Of a stretch of 64,000 nt of DNA, positions 12,171 through 25,351 are shown in pieces. This stretch comes from Chiloscyllium plagiosum. Taxonomy: Eukaryota. The translations under genes were made by a program, and so were the position numbers. Location of the stretch: the NCBI RefSeq assembly GCF_004010195.1, contig NC_057719.1:69898719-69962718 (forward strand), given 5' to 3'. The stretch's first letter is position 1; every line of letters begins with the position of its first letter. The notes below the pieces were generated by a model, which ran no database searches, was not told the DNA's origin, and was given only the letters and a program-made list of their open reading frames with translations.

Positions 12171-14659
12171 ACTTACATAATGGGCTTTCTCCTGTCTACT
12201 ACTTCATTTATTTTCTCAAAAACATCACTTAAATTCATCACACATGACTTCTCCTTTAAAGATCCATGCTAACTCATTCTAATCAGCTCAAACATTTCAA
12301 GGCATTTAGTTCCTCTATCCTTATCTTTACATTCTAGTAATTGTTAGAACAATAGATTTTCCCAAACTAATCTGTAATTCCTGGTTTTTCCACCATTCCC
12401 TTTCCTCAATAGCAAATGAAGTACACAACTTACCAACCTGAAGGAATGGTTCCCAAACAGAGAGGTGTTTTGGTAGATTATACTGAGGGCACGTGTAATG
12501 TTCTCGCCTATTTTGATTTAAATCCTGGATTGGAAACTATCTTGCTACAGGCACTTATTGCTCTTTCGTGCCATTATTTCCTTTATTGCCAATATTTTCT
12601 TCATTACCATTTTATATCATTTATGTCAATTTCAGTGGGTAAAGTGCCAGTATTTTCTTAATTACCATTATCTTGCTTGTTTTAAGTTCAGTAGGTACTG
12701 CTCCTAATTCAACTTTAGTTTTATTTAACTATCTGGCATCTCTTCCCCATCAAATACGGATACTAATTTAATATGTCTGCATTTCCTTAATTCCATTCAC
12801 AACATGGAACCAGATTGATTAGAATTTTTTACAATGAATAGGATATGTTCTGAACTGGGAAAATTTCCAGCGTTATATGGAAACAGCAATGAGATATATC
12901 TAATTGGATAGATCTCTTGAATAAGCTGGCAGCACCATGATGGGCTAAATAGCTCTTTCGATAGATTACTTACAGTATGGAAACAGGCCCTTCAGCCCAA
13001 CGAGTCCACACTGACCCTCCTTCCGTGTTTTCTTATTCCATGACTGTATAATTTTATTATTGCTAACACCTCTTTTGCTGTCTAGGTTCTGAACCCTTGA
13101 TTACCTCCGTAAATGTCACTGCTTTTTCTCCTCTTTCTCCTTTAAGACAATCCTTAACACTTTAGCATGGTGTTCCCTAGTTTGCCTAATTCATTGACAA
13201 CCTGTCCAAAAGTCTCCCTGTTTGGTTTGGGTTTTTTTTGTCTGATTATGCTCCTGTCAGACTACTTGCAACATTTTATTATGTTAAGGACATGGCGTAA
13301 ATTCAGGTAGGTGGTGTTGTACTATTTTTGTAACAAAGCGAGTTATAAATTACAATAGTGATATTTTTAGAAGAAAGTCTCGGATACTATTGTATTAGAA
13401 AGGCATGCGCTCACTGCAGGAACATGTCTCATGAGTTTGAATTCACAGCAGCTCTAAAACTGCCTTTAAATATACAGCTAGAAAATTTAACGAGGTTACT
13501 TATCAATATTTGTAATGTTCGGGGGGAAAACAAATCATTTCCACTATCCCCACCTCGCCCACTCTTTCCCTCCATCTCAATATAACTCTATTATATGCTT
13601 GAGGAACTGCGCGCTTATGTATGCACATACCTGCACACAGTGATCTTTTTCAGTGATCTAGAGCAAATTGCAGTTGGCAGCATGAATCACAGGCTGCATA
13701 CTGTAATTTGCTGATGGTGTTTGAGACTGGCTGCTGTATAACTACATGCCTTCGTCAAAGTGTCCACTTCCCCTCAAATCTGCACAAGTAATTTGAAACT
13801 GAAATGGCCATCAAAGCAATGCAAAATTAATGTCAAACTCTACTAGAATTCCGAATAAAAATGTCGTTCACTCTAATGAAATTATTAGTTGCCATATTGA
13901 GATATTTGGAATACCATCCTGCATTCTAACAATGATATACGATCAACTTCTCGCTGCTTAAACAAAAGTTTGATGTTTGTTTAGCATAAAGGATGCTTTT
14001 ATCTCCCTGCATTATCAGCACTCAGTTGGTTACCAATTTAACTTCCCTATTGTTTAAATTTAATGTAATATTGTATTCACGTTGGTTCAACGATTTCAAT
14101 CTGAGGAGAATTTGACCATGTTTTACAAAGAAAATCAAGCTAAAATAGATGGCTGTGCACTAAAGTATCCCTGAATTATCTAAAGCTACAGTGTCCAAAA
14201 CTTAAAATATTAACCGTTGTCCCCTCTAACCCCGCTTTTATTTTGTTTGCCTTCAGCACTAAAGTGTTTGCCTAATAAATACTGCTGTGCTGTGCATTCC
14301 AGCCCTTGGCAGCCGGCGAAATGAGTTTAAAACGGATTGGAGCGCTTGAAGTGCAATCAAGAGGGGAAGAAGGGGAGATTGCGGTTGTCTGCCTCGGTGT
14401 CAGTAACTGATGGGCGATGACACAGTTCCTGGGATGTCAGTCTTCATAAATAATGTGCGTTGCTGCTGATCAGTGCCGGTTGCGTCATGTACCGAACAAA
14501 CTGCTGCAGGTACCACCAATAAGCTCACTGAAGCTCATTTTCTTTGACTGAGTTCGCCTCAGGAATGAACAATGCGCTTTCTCGCTCCTATCGCCTGTGT
14601 TCATCGCTAACGCCATGACAGCAAGATTTAGCTCAGCCTAGATACAATGATTAGGTGTT

Positions 14660-14757
14660 TATATATATATATATATGTGTTATAGAGAGAGAGAGGGAGA
14701 GGAAACGGGATACTTATAAATATATATATATATATATATCCCGTTTTCTCTCCCTCT
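14660..14757. repeat. (TA)n/(GA)n microsatellites with a 21-bp inverted repeat
   Basis: Arms 14692-14712 and 14737-14757 match at 20/21 positions and flank a (TA)n tract. Confidence 0.9.
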
Positions 14758-15619
14758 TTTCAGCATGATATCCAGAATATATATTTCTAACAAACACAAA
14801 CTGAAGACAAAATCGGGACTAGCCGAGCGGCATTAATACCCCTCATAGTTTGAGAGGCTTTGAATTATACGGATTCAGGAATGACAAGAGTTGTATTTTT
14901 CATTAAATTGGAAAAAAGATACTCGAGTAGTATGCACGGTCCCTCTCCTCCTATTAAGTCGCAATGCAGAGAACACTTGGGACAGCCGCAAGGGCAAGGA
15001 ACTGTCACACAGGAATTAGCAAATAAATCGGATTTAGTTTAGAGTGGGCAGAATTTATACAGCAGCAGAGAACACGTTAGTGACCGACTTTTTAAATAAC
15101 TTATAAAAGCGGTGTTGCTACCCTGTCAACGGGTGGGAGAAATTAAAGAAAAAGAAACTGCGGTGCATGCATCTATCTTGGTAGCTGAGCTGATATAAAC
15201 CACGAGAAACACTTAACAGTCCCTCCCTTTTGCTGCAGCGAAAATATAAATGGAGAGAAACATTTATGCTTAGATAAAGACCATTTATGGCAGTCACAAT
15301 TATTGTGAAATGTGAAGCTTTGCAGCAAGTGGAACCTAGCAGTTAATGCGATATTGAAAGTGCCCGTTTACATTTTCAAAGGAGTGTCGAATTTGCAAAG
15401 GCAAGAGAGCGATCAGGTTATGTACCGAGTATGAACGGAGTATTCAGCCCTGACGCGGTGGATGGACCGCAGCTGATTGGAAATTGGCGCAGTCTGTGAG
15501 CGCACCTCAGAATTCATGCGAAATTGCTTGAGAACGTGCAGTGTTCCTCTTGTGCCTAATGCTCTGGGCGTGAAGGTCAGGTCAAGTGGAGAGTGGACAC
15601 TTGGACGTTACGAAATAAA

Positions 15620-15733
15620 AAAAACTGTGGATGCTGGAAGTCAGAAACAAAAACAGAAATTGCTAAGGAAAGTCGGCAGCATCTGTTAAGAGAAAGCAGA
15701 GTTAACGTTTCGAGTCCAGTCACTTTTCTTGAG
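15620..15733 (-). mobile_element. Old PLE terminal repeat (family C)
   Basis: Minus strand reads ...ctggactcGAAAcgttaactctgctttctc...ttccagcatcc. Related copies lie at ~5920, 16186, 18001, 30765, 36171, 48060, 50740 and 52255. Confidence 0.65.
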
Positions 15734-15774
15734 ACCTGTGTTGGAACCGAAATGCTGAACTATGCTATTCTCTC

Positions 15775-15880
15775 TCTCACCCACACAGACACACAGACAC
15801 CCACACAGACACACAGACACACAGACACACACACAGACAAAACATACACCACACACAGATAAACACACACAGACACACAA
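15775..15880. repeat. (CA/CAGA)n microsatellite
   Basis: Direct reading: cacacagacacacagacac... Confidence 0.95.
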
Positions 15881-16049
15881 AAACACAATCTGCAGCAGCT
15901 GCAAACCCCTCACTTTGGCCCTTTCCCCGGGACACGGTTATCTTCTCTGCCTTAGTTTCAGCTTCGGTTGACTGCAAAAGCATTAATAACAATAAATATT
16001 CTGGATTCCTGTCCACAAATGTTCGGGAACTGCTGGACTGGTTAACTGG

Positions 16050-16560
16050 ACCTGACAAATCTAGAGTGATTTGAGAGAGGTTTATGAACACATGAGAGGC
16101 ATGGATAGGGTGGGTAGCCTTTTTCCTAGGCTTGGGGAGTCCAATACTACTACTGGGCGCAGGTTTAAAGTGAGAGGGGAAAGCTTTGACATAGGGTCAG
16201 TTAGACTCGAAACATCAGCTCTTTTCTCTCCTTACAGATGCTGCCAGGCCTGCTGAGATTTTCCAGCATTTTCTCTTTTGGTTTCAGATTCCAGCATCGG
16301 CAGTAATTTGCTTTTATTAAGATTTTAAAAAAGACCTAAGGGGTTACTTTTTCTATGTACACCGTGTATGGGACCAGCTGGCAGAGGAAATGGTGGAGGC
16401 TGGTACAATTATAACATTTAGAAGGCATCTGGATGGATGCATGGACAAGAAGGATTTGGAGGGATATGGGTCAAATGCTGGCAAATGGGCCTAGGTCAGA
16501 TTGGGGTGTCTGGTCCGCGTGGACGGGTTGGACCAAAAGGTCTGATTCCCTGCTGTATAA
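16050..16560 (+). mobile_element. CR1 3' end, interrupted by a PLE terminal repeat (~16186-16320)
   Basis: atgagaggcatggatagggtg...aggtttaaagtgagagggga and ggacgggttggaccaaaaggtctg form a typical CR1 3' region. Confidence 0.75.
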
Positions 16561-18129
16561 CTCGAAGTGAGGTGTTCTGCGTGTGGCTGGCGTGGCCCCA
16601 AATTCGGTTGAATCCGCGACCAAACCGGTAGATTTCAGAACCAGCTCAGTGTCCTGCGTGTCGGATATGGAGGGCTACTGAGAGTGTGAGGGCTCGGGGT
16701 AGGTGGTGGGAATTGCTAGCATTCCCACAGACCACTGGAGATGTGGTGGTAGCGTCCCTACTTCTGAGCCAAGAGGCCTCTGTTCAAGTTCTACGTTCTC
16801 CAGAGACGTGAATTTACCTAGTCTGGCAGTCAGGCAGTCAGTGAGGGACAGCAGAGGTGGGGGGTCTGGGAGATGTAAAAGAAACACTGCAAACAGGTCA
16901 CACTGAAATGAACAGGAGTGGATGGTGGCGGGGTTGGGGGTGGGTTCTGGTATGTGGTTTGGGGACAGTGACATTGAACACTACGACTGAAATAAAGTCG
17001 GTGTGACCTGGAACAGCCCATATTTCCTCCGAGTGAGTGAGAGGGGCGATGGCTGCCAATTCTCTGTCTGGTTTTGAAGGTGCCGAGCTGACCCGGTCAC
17101 TGGCTGATCTTTCTACGTGTGGGAGAGACAGGCAGGCCCATTCCACACGCACTGGTATTTCAGTCGAGATCACCCCTTCTTGGTGCATTCACGAAGGAAT
17201 CAAAAGGTTCCTCACACTCCGGTGACGCCTAACTCACTCAACTCTGACAGGGCATGACAATGGAGACCTTCTTGGGATTTTGCTTAGTATCAATGCCGCG
17301 GTAAGAACGGAAGGAGTCGGCGGAGAACAGCAACTGGGTGTCCCTGAAATGGATCTATGTGCGCGGGGGAGGGGGACCCTGATACAACAGAAACCACTAT
17401 TTCAAAGGCCCTTCAGGCCTTCACAATCTGATCGATGCTCCAATCAGGTTCGATCCTGATAGACGGAAGCACCGTGAGCACTGAAAGTGAACATTTGCCA
17501 TCAGATATCTCAATGAACTCAGTGATTGCTAAAGCAACTGCTGCACTCAGTGGTATAGATCCTCCTACTACAAGTATGTTTGTCGTGTCCTCTATTATGG
17601 CTTCACTTTCATCTCAAGTCCACTCCATCAAGGAGCTGCCAGTATAACGGATGGAAGCCGAGAGCGTTCATTTACTGCCAACTTTCTCTTCACACCCTGC
17701 GCTGCGTTCCCCGCATTTTATTAAAACAAACAGAAACCTTTGGAGAAATTCAGCAGATGGGGCATCATCTGAGGAGAGGGAGACAAAGTCAACGTTTCAA
17801 GATCTTTCCTAACTTATACTTTGCATATCTGTAATGACATGTAACATTGTTCTTTATTTATGTCCCTCAGATTTGTACCTCGGTACTTTGTACCTAAGAT
17901 GGCTGCGTTAGTGTTAGTGACATTGTACACTTTTCATTGTACTCCTGTACTTTTTTAACGTGAGTACAGGTGACGACAAACCTAATTCTAATTCATCCTC
18001 AGTTCTGAGGAAGGGTCTCTGGGCCCAAAATGTCAACTTTTTCTCTCCCCACAGATATTGCCAGTTTGCTGAGTTTCGCCAGCACTTTATTTTATTTCAG
18101 ATCTTCAGCATCCGCAGGATTTGGCTTTT

Positions 18130-19460
18130 AGAACATAGAACATAGAACAGTACAGCACAGAACAGGCCCTTCAGCCCATGATGTTGTGCCGACCATTGAT
18201 CCTCATGCATGCACCCTCAGATTTCTGTGACCATATGTATGTCCAGTAGTCTCTTAAATGTCCCCAATTACCTTGCTTCCACAACTGTTGCTGGCAACAC
18301 ATTCCATGCTCTCACAACTCTCTGTGTAAAGATCCCAACTCTGACAACCCCTCTGTACTTTCCTCCAACCAGCTAAAAACTATGACCCCTCATGTTAGCC
18401 ATTTCTGCCCTGGGAAATAGTCTCTGGCTATCGACTCTATCTATGCTTCTCATTATCTTGTATACCTCAACTAGGTCCCCTCTCCTCCTCCTTTTCTCCA
18501 ATGAAAAAAGTCCAAGCTCAGTCAACCTCTCTTCGTAAGATAAGCCCTGTAGTCCGGGCAGCATCCTGGTAAACCTCCTCTGAACCCTCTCCAAAGCATC
18601 CACATCTTTCCTATAATAGGGTGACCAGAACTGAACGCAGTATTTCAAGTGCAGTCTAACCAAAGTTTTATAGAGCTGCAACAAGATCTCACGACTCTTA
18701 AACTCAATCCCCCTGTTAATGAAAGCCAAAACACCATATGTTTTCTTAACAACCCTGTCCACTTGGGTGGCCATTTTAAGGGATCTATGTACCTGCACAC
18801 CAAGAACCCTCTGTTCCTCCACACTGCCAAGAGTCCTATCCTTAATCCTGTACTCAGCTTTTAAATTTGACCTTCCAAAATGCATCACCTCGCATGTATC
18901 CAGGTTGAACTCCATCTGCCACCTCTCAGCCCATCTCTGCATCCTGTCAATGTCCTGCTGCAGCCTACAACAGCCTGTTGAAGACACCTCCAACCTTTGT
19001 GTCGTTTGCAAACTTGCTGACCCATCCTTCAATCCCCTCATCCAAGTAATTAATAAAAATTACAAACAGTAAAGGCCCAAGGACAGAGCCCTGTGGGACA
19101 CCACTCACCACTGACTTCCAGGCAGAATATTTTCCTTCTACTACCACTCACTGTCTTCTGTTGGCCAGCCAATTCTGTATCCAGACAGCTAAGTTCCCCT
19201 GTATCCCATTCCTCCTGACCTTCTGAATGAGCCTACCATGGGGAACCTTATCAAATGCCTTGCTGAAGTCCATATACACCACATCCACAGCTCGACTCTC
19301 ATCAACATTTCTAGTCACGTCCTCAAAGAACTCGATAAGGTTTGTGAGGCATGACCTGCCCCTCACAAAGCCATGTTGACTGCATTTAATCAAGCAGATG
19401 GTCATAAATCCACTCCCTCAAAATCCTTTCTAACACCTTGCAGACGACAGACGTGAGACT
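18130..19460 (-). mobile_element. Relatively young 5'-truncated CR1 LINE (RT C-terminal half plus tail)
   Basis: ORFs 19148..19405, 18965..19147 and 18373..19041 give [45 protein letters not shown] and YCVQFWSP. A (TTCTATG)n tail lies at ~18130-18150. Confidence 0.93.
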
Positions 19461-19664
19461 TACTTATGTTATCTATGTATTTGTTTGCGTTTGCAGATTG
19501 CCCAGCCTTATCGTATTTAATACAACGAGGACTCTAGTCCTGGTACACACCACCCTCTATAAACCTGACATTGTGATGGTCATGGGACCAAACTGGATCC
19601 TGGCCAGATGTTCAGGCCACAGAGAACGCAGAAAAGCAGGGCTGCTCTGGGGGATATTAGTGGA

Positions 19665-19800
19665 CAAGCAGTAGGCTGGAAGAACACAGCAAGCCAGGCA
19701 GCATCAGGAAGTGGAGAAGTCAACCATTCGGGAATAACCCTTCTGCAGGGCTAGGGGGGTGGGTGTAAGGGGAGCTGCAGATAAAGGGGTGGGGGATAAT
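19665..19800 (-). mobile_element. Degenerate PLE terminal repeat
   Basis: Minus strand reads cctgcagaagggttattcccgaatggttgacttctccacttcctgatgctgcctggcttgctgtg, similar to family A. Confidence 0.65.
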
Positions 19801-20956
19801 CCGTGCCATTGAACAGGAAAGGACGAAAATGTCAGTATTCAGATAGCTGCCTCACACGGGCTGAACTGGAGTGACAATACGCTGGAAACCTTATTTCACA
19901 ATACCAAATTCTTCCCCAGACCTCAGTCGCGAAAATATCGGTGGTGTCCATTAAAATGTCCGGAGTGAAGCTACCCTCCTGCCCCCCCCCCCGTCCCCAA
20001 TCCCCCACCCCTCGCAAGACTCAGTGAGCTGAGGTAACCGGTACCCTATCACTAAATCATTCTGCCTGTCGGGCTGTCAGTCTATGTTGCTCAGGATCAG
20101 AGCAGCGTTGACAGCGTTCTGCCTGGACGATCCACACAGTGAGGTTACGCCATGTACCTTTCCTTCAAACCGTTCTGGCACAGGAAGGCGAGGTAGAGAG
20201 GGCCATTAGCCAGGCCTACGCTCAGTCATCGCCACTTGTCCAATTATTTATATTCCCACCGCGTTCTCTATCTGCGTCTGGTTTCTGGGCCCCCGGGCAC
20301 TATCTGCCTTTCTCCCCACCTGCACTTTGTATTATCAACGCCCCGACTCTCACTACCGCTCCTGTTTCTGTCTGACTCATGAGGAACTGTACAAGGAGCA
20401 GGGCAAGGCGAATACTCCATTTTGCGGTGGAGGACTGGCCGCTTGTGTCAGCTGGAAGATTCCTTCACTGGAGCGGCGCTTCAGCTAAAGTCACCAATAT
20501 GAAAAGTACAAACATGCCCAACAGTATAATGTACCTTACAGAGAGGAAAAAACAACACAGGGATGTCTCCAATAAATAAACGAAGACTACCATGGGATTG
20601 GGAATGACTGTCTTTTCGGGTATACGGTCACTTTGGGGGGAGTTTATTTTTATGAACTTCAAGCTGATGCAAGCGTAATGGTCGAGGCGTCCAATTCAGT
20701 GTGACCTTGAGAATGCATCATTGCTGAAGCTGCTTTGTGAAACTACCTCTGCGTCTAGCTGCTGCGGGCCGCTCGATTCCGGGTATTTCCCGGAATACAA
20801 AAGGGAAGGGGACTTTTTGCTCGCTCAGAGGTTCATACTTTGATTGCATTTTATTTTTTAAAAACCCCTACGAACAATGGTAATATTGGTATTTAGCGCA
20901 CTTAACATCCAGGCAGGAGAGTCAGTAGGTCAGCACTGGCGTATGAGTGACCCTGG

Positions 20957-21179
20957 TAAAAACAATGAATGCAGATGCTGGAAACCAGATTCTGGATTAG
21001 TGGTGCTGGAAGAGCACAGCAGTTCAGGCAGCATCCGAGGAGCAGTAAAATAGACGTTTCGGGCAAAAGCCCTTCATCATCCTGTATTCCTGATGAAGGG
21101 CTTTTGCCAGAAACGTCGATTTTACTGCTCCTCGGATGCTGCCTGAACTGCTGTGCTCTTCCAGCACCACTAATCCAGA
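20957..21179. mobile_element. Fold-back PLE family A mini-insertion with 14-bp TSD
   Basis: Near-perfect ~90-bp inverted arms. Plus-strand core CTGATGA 21090-21096 ... GAAA 21110-21113. Direct repeat atgagtgaccctgg at 20943-20956 and 21180-21193. Confidence 0.9.
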
Positions 21180-21654
21180 ATGAGTGACCCTGGAGCAGAC
21201 AAATGGCAATCCTCACTGAGGAAGAACCTGCTATGGGATCTTCTGCTGCCCACTTCCACCACAGTGTGCTGGAGCGGTGCTGACCTTCCAGGAGCTTACG
21301 TATCCCCCCCCGACCCCCCATACTTTCAACTTTCCCGGGGAGTGATATTCAGTAAAGCGCCGCTTGTGACCCTCAGCCAGGTGGGACTGGATAAAGTGTC
21401 GAATTCCAGTTTGGAATATGAAAATGGTTTCCAGTTTTGCCTGGTTTCATAAGGTCTTGCGAGTTTCCTCAATCCGCTTCATAAACTCACAAAGGTCAAA
21501 TGTTTAGAAAGTGTATGTGTGTGTGGGAGGCGGGCGGGGGGAATGGGGCTGGTATATCCTTTGAGGTTGTTCGGGAACTAAAAGCGGACAAGATGCGGAC
21601 GGACCTCAATGATTCGGTCTATGGTTACCGGTCACTCAGCTCGCCTCGACCATT

Positions 21655-22247
21655 ACATACACACACACACCCCTACATATATATATACACACACACACAG
21701 ACACCCCTACATATACACACACAGACACCCCTACATATACACACACAAAGACACCCCTACATATATACACACATCCCTACATACACACACACCCCTACAT
21801 ATACACACACAGACACCCCTACATATACACACACAGACACCCCTACATATACACACACAAAGCACCCCTACATATACACACACAGACACCCCTACATATA
21901 TACACACAAACCCCCNNNNNNNNNNNNNNNNNNNNNNNNNNNNNNNNNNNNNNNNNNNNNNNNNNNNNNNNNNNNNNNNNNNNNNNNNNNNNNNNNNNNN
22001 NNNNNNNNNNNNNNNNNNNNNNNNNNNNNNNNNNNNNNNNNNNNNNNNNNNNNNNNNNNNNNNNNNNNNNCTCCTACATACACACAGAGACACCCCTATA
22101 CATACACACAGACACCCCTACATATACATACACACACAGACACCCCTACTTTCACACACACCCCTACATATACACACAGACACCCCTACATACACACACA
22201 CCCTACATATACATACACACACAGACACCCCTACACACACACACACA
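21655..22247. repeat. Minisatellite (~24-bp unit acacacagacacccctacatat) spanning an assembly gap
   Basis: Repeated units on both sides of the N run at 21916-22070 (155 N). Confidence 0.95.
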
Positions 22248-23826
22248 GTTGAGAGCGAAGCAAGGAAGGCTGCTGCAACTTTCAGTTGACATTGTCCCTT
22301 CCACATTTCAAAACCAATATTGGATTTTTCTGATTCCCGCACAGTTGATTTTCTGAAAGTGGTTTACTAGCTCCCCAACTGCTCATCAACTCTCCTTCCC
22401 CCCCTCCCCCACCCCCATCTTCCCTTTGACCTTGCACTCTTCTTTGTAATGATAGATCGCTATCGGCAAACCAAATAAAAACTGGAATCGATCAAAAAGA
22501 AATCGCTTGTAAAATGTCGATTCAACTGGTTGTGAGGTATACTGGGTTGACACCCTGCAGCGCTGTTTAGGTAAATACATGACGGGTGTGGGTTCAAATC
22601 CAGCCGATTACTGGACACAGCCCGGTCATTGTGAGGAGTCGGGCGCGCTCCTTTCACTGGCAGGGAAAGGGCAGCGTTTCAGATCTGGCACATTGATAGT
22701 TCGTCTCTTCCAAATGTCCTCTTTCGCTTGAAGTGCCAATGAAAGGTGGCGAATCTTTTGCGTGGGACAGGGACGTTTGGACGATTTGGGATACCACATA
22801 TTTTTTATTAACACCGCGGGAAAAATGAAATCCCTGTTGCGGCCATTTTATTCTATTCAACCGCGACATGAAACGTTCAGGGTGTTGTACATTTATAGCA
22901 TTTTGCTGGGCTTCTCCATCTCACGGCGATGTTCCTGTGGTTGTCCGGATTAGTGCGCTCCCCGAGTATTAAAATAAACAGGGGGACAGGAACCAATGCA
23001 GTGCTAGCGTTTGGAAGCTAGGCATTGGAAGAAACTCGGAAAGCGGGCAGTTAATGACAGAGGAGGCTGTGTCAGTGCAGCGTGCCTTGAATCAGATATC
23101 AAGGTGCCGCAGTTGGGTTCAATCATTCATTTGAGCGGCGGCGCCGCAGCCTCACGGCTACCACGGCAGTGACTGTCTATCATTCACAGGCAAACCTACA
23201 TGGAGCAGCACTGCCCGTTTCACTAACTGCGGGGAACATCCTTCCCTTTTCCCACCATTTCGCCCATATAATAAAGCAGCTTCGACTATTTCACTGAAAT
23301 TCCGTTTGCATTCAATGTGGTCGGAAATTGCAGCGCCGGCTACGATTCAGAACTGGAATGCTTCAGTAACTGATCTGAGCTGCTGCACCCTGGGCTACAA
23401 CAAAGGAAATCCAGTCGCTTCACCACTCCTGGTCCTTCACATCAAACTGCGACCCACCATGGCTCATACTACCCCCCTCCCAGTGTCATTGGCTGTCTGC
23501 TACCTGAACTCAGGGGTGGGTTTGAGATTCAATTCATGCCAATGAATTGAAATGTATTTATCCTGTTGGCTGGTGGGGTGGGCATTGCCTTTATTATTAT
23601 TTGTAGCGAGTTAACAGTGGATGGGTCCACGTTAGCATATAAAAAAATGAAGATTCATCCGATCGATTTCAACTTCTAAAAAGACAGCTGTGTATTAACG
23701 AGGAATGAAAGCTGGATTTCCGTAACCCAGAGATAATTTGTCTTCCCAGCGCAGAGATAGTCTCGTTTCAGAACTGAAAACATGCAACTGCTTTAAAACA
23801 AAACCGTAAGCACCGCAGTAAACTGT

Positions 23827-23957
23827 CATGATTTGGAGATGCCGGTGTTGGACTGGGGTGTACAAAGTTAAAAATCACACAACACCAAGTCATAGTCCAC
23901 TAGCTAGTGTGCTTCCAACTAAACCTGTTGGACTATAACCTGGTGTGTGATTTTTAA
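23827..23957. mobile_element. Fold-back mini-insertion of PLE family B terminal repeat, 13-bp TSD
   Basis: Inverted arms gttaaaaatcacac.../...gtgtgatttttaac. Direct repeat cgcagtaaactgt at 23814-23826 and 23958-23970. Same family as 34356-34676. Confidence 0.8.
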
Positions 23958-24095
23958 CGCAGTAAACTGTATTCTCTTTTAATGAAATGTCTAAAAGTTG
24001 GAGACAGTATCTAGGTATGTTTTCTGTTAGAGCGCCTTTTAAACAGACAGCACAGCAACGGAAGTTCAAAACTTTGGCTATATTATGGTTTATAT

Positions 24096-24101
24096 TTTAA
24101 T
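24096..24101 (-). terminator. Candidate distal poly(A) signal ATTAAA of an extended NOVA1 3' UTR
   Basis: Minus strand TTATGTACAATT...GTGTATC...CAATTAAAATATAAACC: TGTA (CFIm-type) motifs upstream of ATTAAA, at the end of the repeat-free block. Confidence 0.4.
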
Positions 24102-25327
24102 TGAAATACTTCACCGATACACATCTAGCATGTGTAATTGTACATAAAAGACAATGGAATAGAACGCAGCTTAAATCTCAAATTACTCAAGTTTAGCTTC
24201 AATTGACAACAAAAAGGGGAGGAAAGGAATAAAAGAAAACACGTAGGGTCATTCGACATTCTTCAAACTCAAGTTTCAAATGGATTTTTACATGTTTTGA
24301 TGAAATCAAGGGACCCAATAGCAACCCAAACATGGAATGTCTCGTGTGAACAATGTCAATGCATGCACATTCAACCAGTTTCTCTGCCCTCTTTCTCGTT
24401 TTTAAACTGCTAGCTCTCTATTTGTTTTTACACAGTTGCAGTGGTGAGAGTGAAGAGGAACGTCAGTGTTTTTTTTTGTAAATGACAACATTATCAGCTT
24501 GGTTTGAGCAAGAATGATTGATTCTGCATCTTGTGTCGGCTGCTTGGAGGCCGTTGAAACACCTGTAAGATCTACTTACTGACACGTAGGAGTACAGCAT
24601 CCCGACAAATTCCAACGCAACTTGTTCGTATTGCTGCAGTTTAACGGCTTGTCGTTTTGACAATCTAACAAATGAGAGCTCCGTCAATCTACTGATGTGC
24701 CCCTGGTTGTACCAAGTTCTAAACTACAAATAACAATGATGTAGTCACACGTGCAGTACATTCAACCTGAACCTCACCGCCAGATCGTGTAGGGGTGAAA
24801 TAAAGTCGACTTTATTAGCAAGTACTGAATCCAGGCGATTTCTGTGCTCTGACATGTTAGTATGTGCAGTGCTAAGATGAGGCGTCTTTGCCATTCAAAT
24901 GTACACTTACCGTCTTATGTACGCAGAAGTCGGTGTTCAGTGGGAAACCTGGTAGAGAGAGACACACATGTGAAGAGTAGTTCAAGCCCCCAGTCCCTTT
25001 AGTAGGGATTAATTTGGGAAACTCAATTCGTGTTCTACGAAACTAATCACGTAACGAAGTGTATAAGAGACTGGGTACACTCGATGTCCAAGATTGTTGT
25101 TCTATTGTTAAATTCGTAGAGACTCCTGGTGTCTGACTAGATTTCACATGAGAAACAATTAACCGCTAATGTCTGGAAATCAAGGAGTCAACATGCACAA
25201 GCGATATTTGCTTTAGGACAATGTGTAGTCAGTGCTAAGAGCTGGCGATTCTCACAAAGTTCGAGAATGACAATTAATATCGGTCAAACATAAAGACTCA
25301 GTTGTTAAATTACTAAATTCTCCCAAT

Positions 25328-25351
25328 TTTAATGGTGGCAGACTGTTTATT
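25328..25351 (-). terminator. Candidate intermediate poly(A) signals (AATAAA + ATTAAA)
   Basis: Minus strand has AATAAA at 25346-25351 and ATTAAA at 25328-25333 within repeat-free downstream sequence. Confidence 0.35.

Noticed and set aside
17000..17700. GC-rich stretch with short Ser/Thr-rich ORF 17435..17647
   Set aside because: No recognisable domain, an upstream in-frame stop and no convincing splice sites. It may be a transposon remnant but I cannot support a call.
20465..20662. Hydrophobic minus-strand ORF after a pyrimidine tract (possible exon)
   Set aside because: Weak AAG acceptor, no homology, and the hydrophobicity is explained by T-rich composition.
21500..22289. His/Thr-rich ORFs of 226-250 aa
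   Set aside because: Translations of a minisatellite and an N gap.
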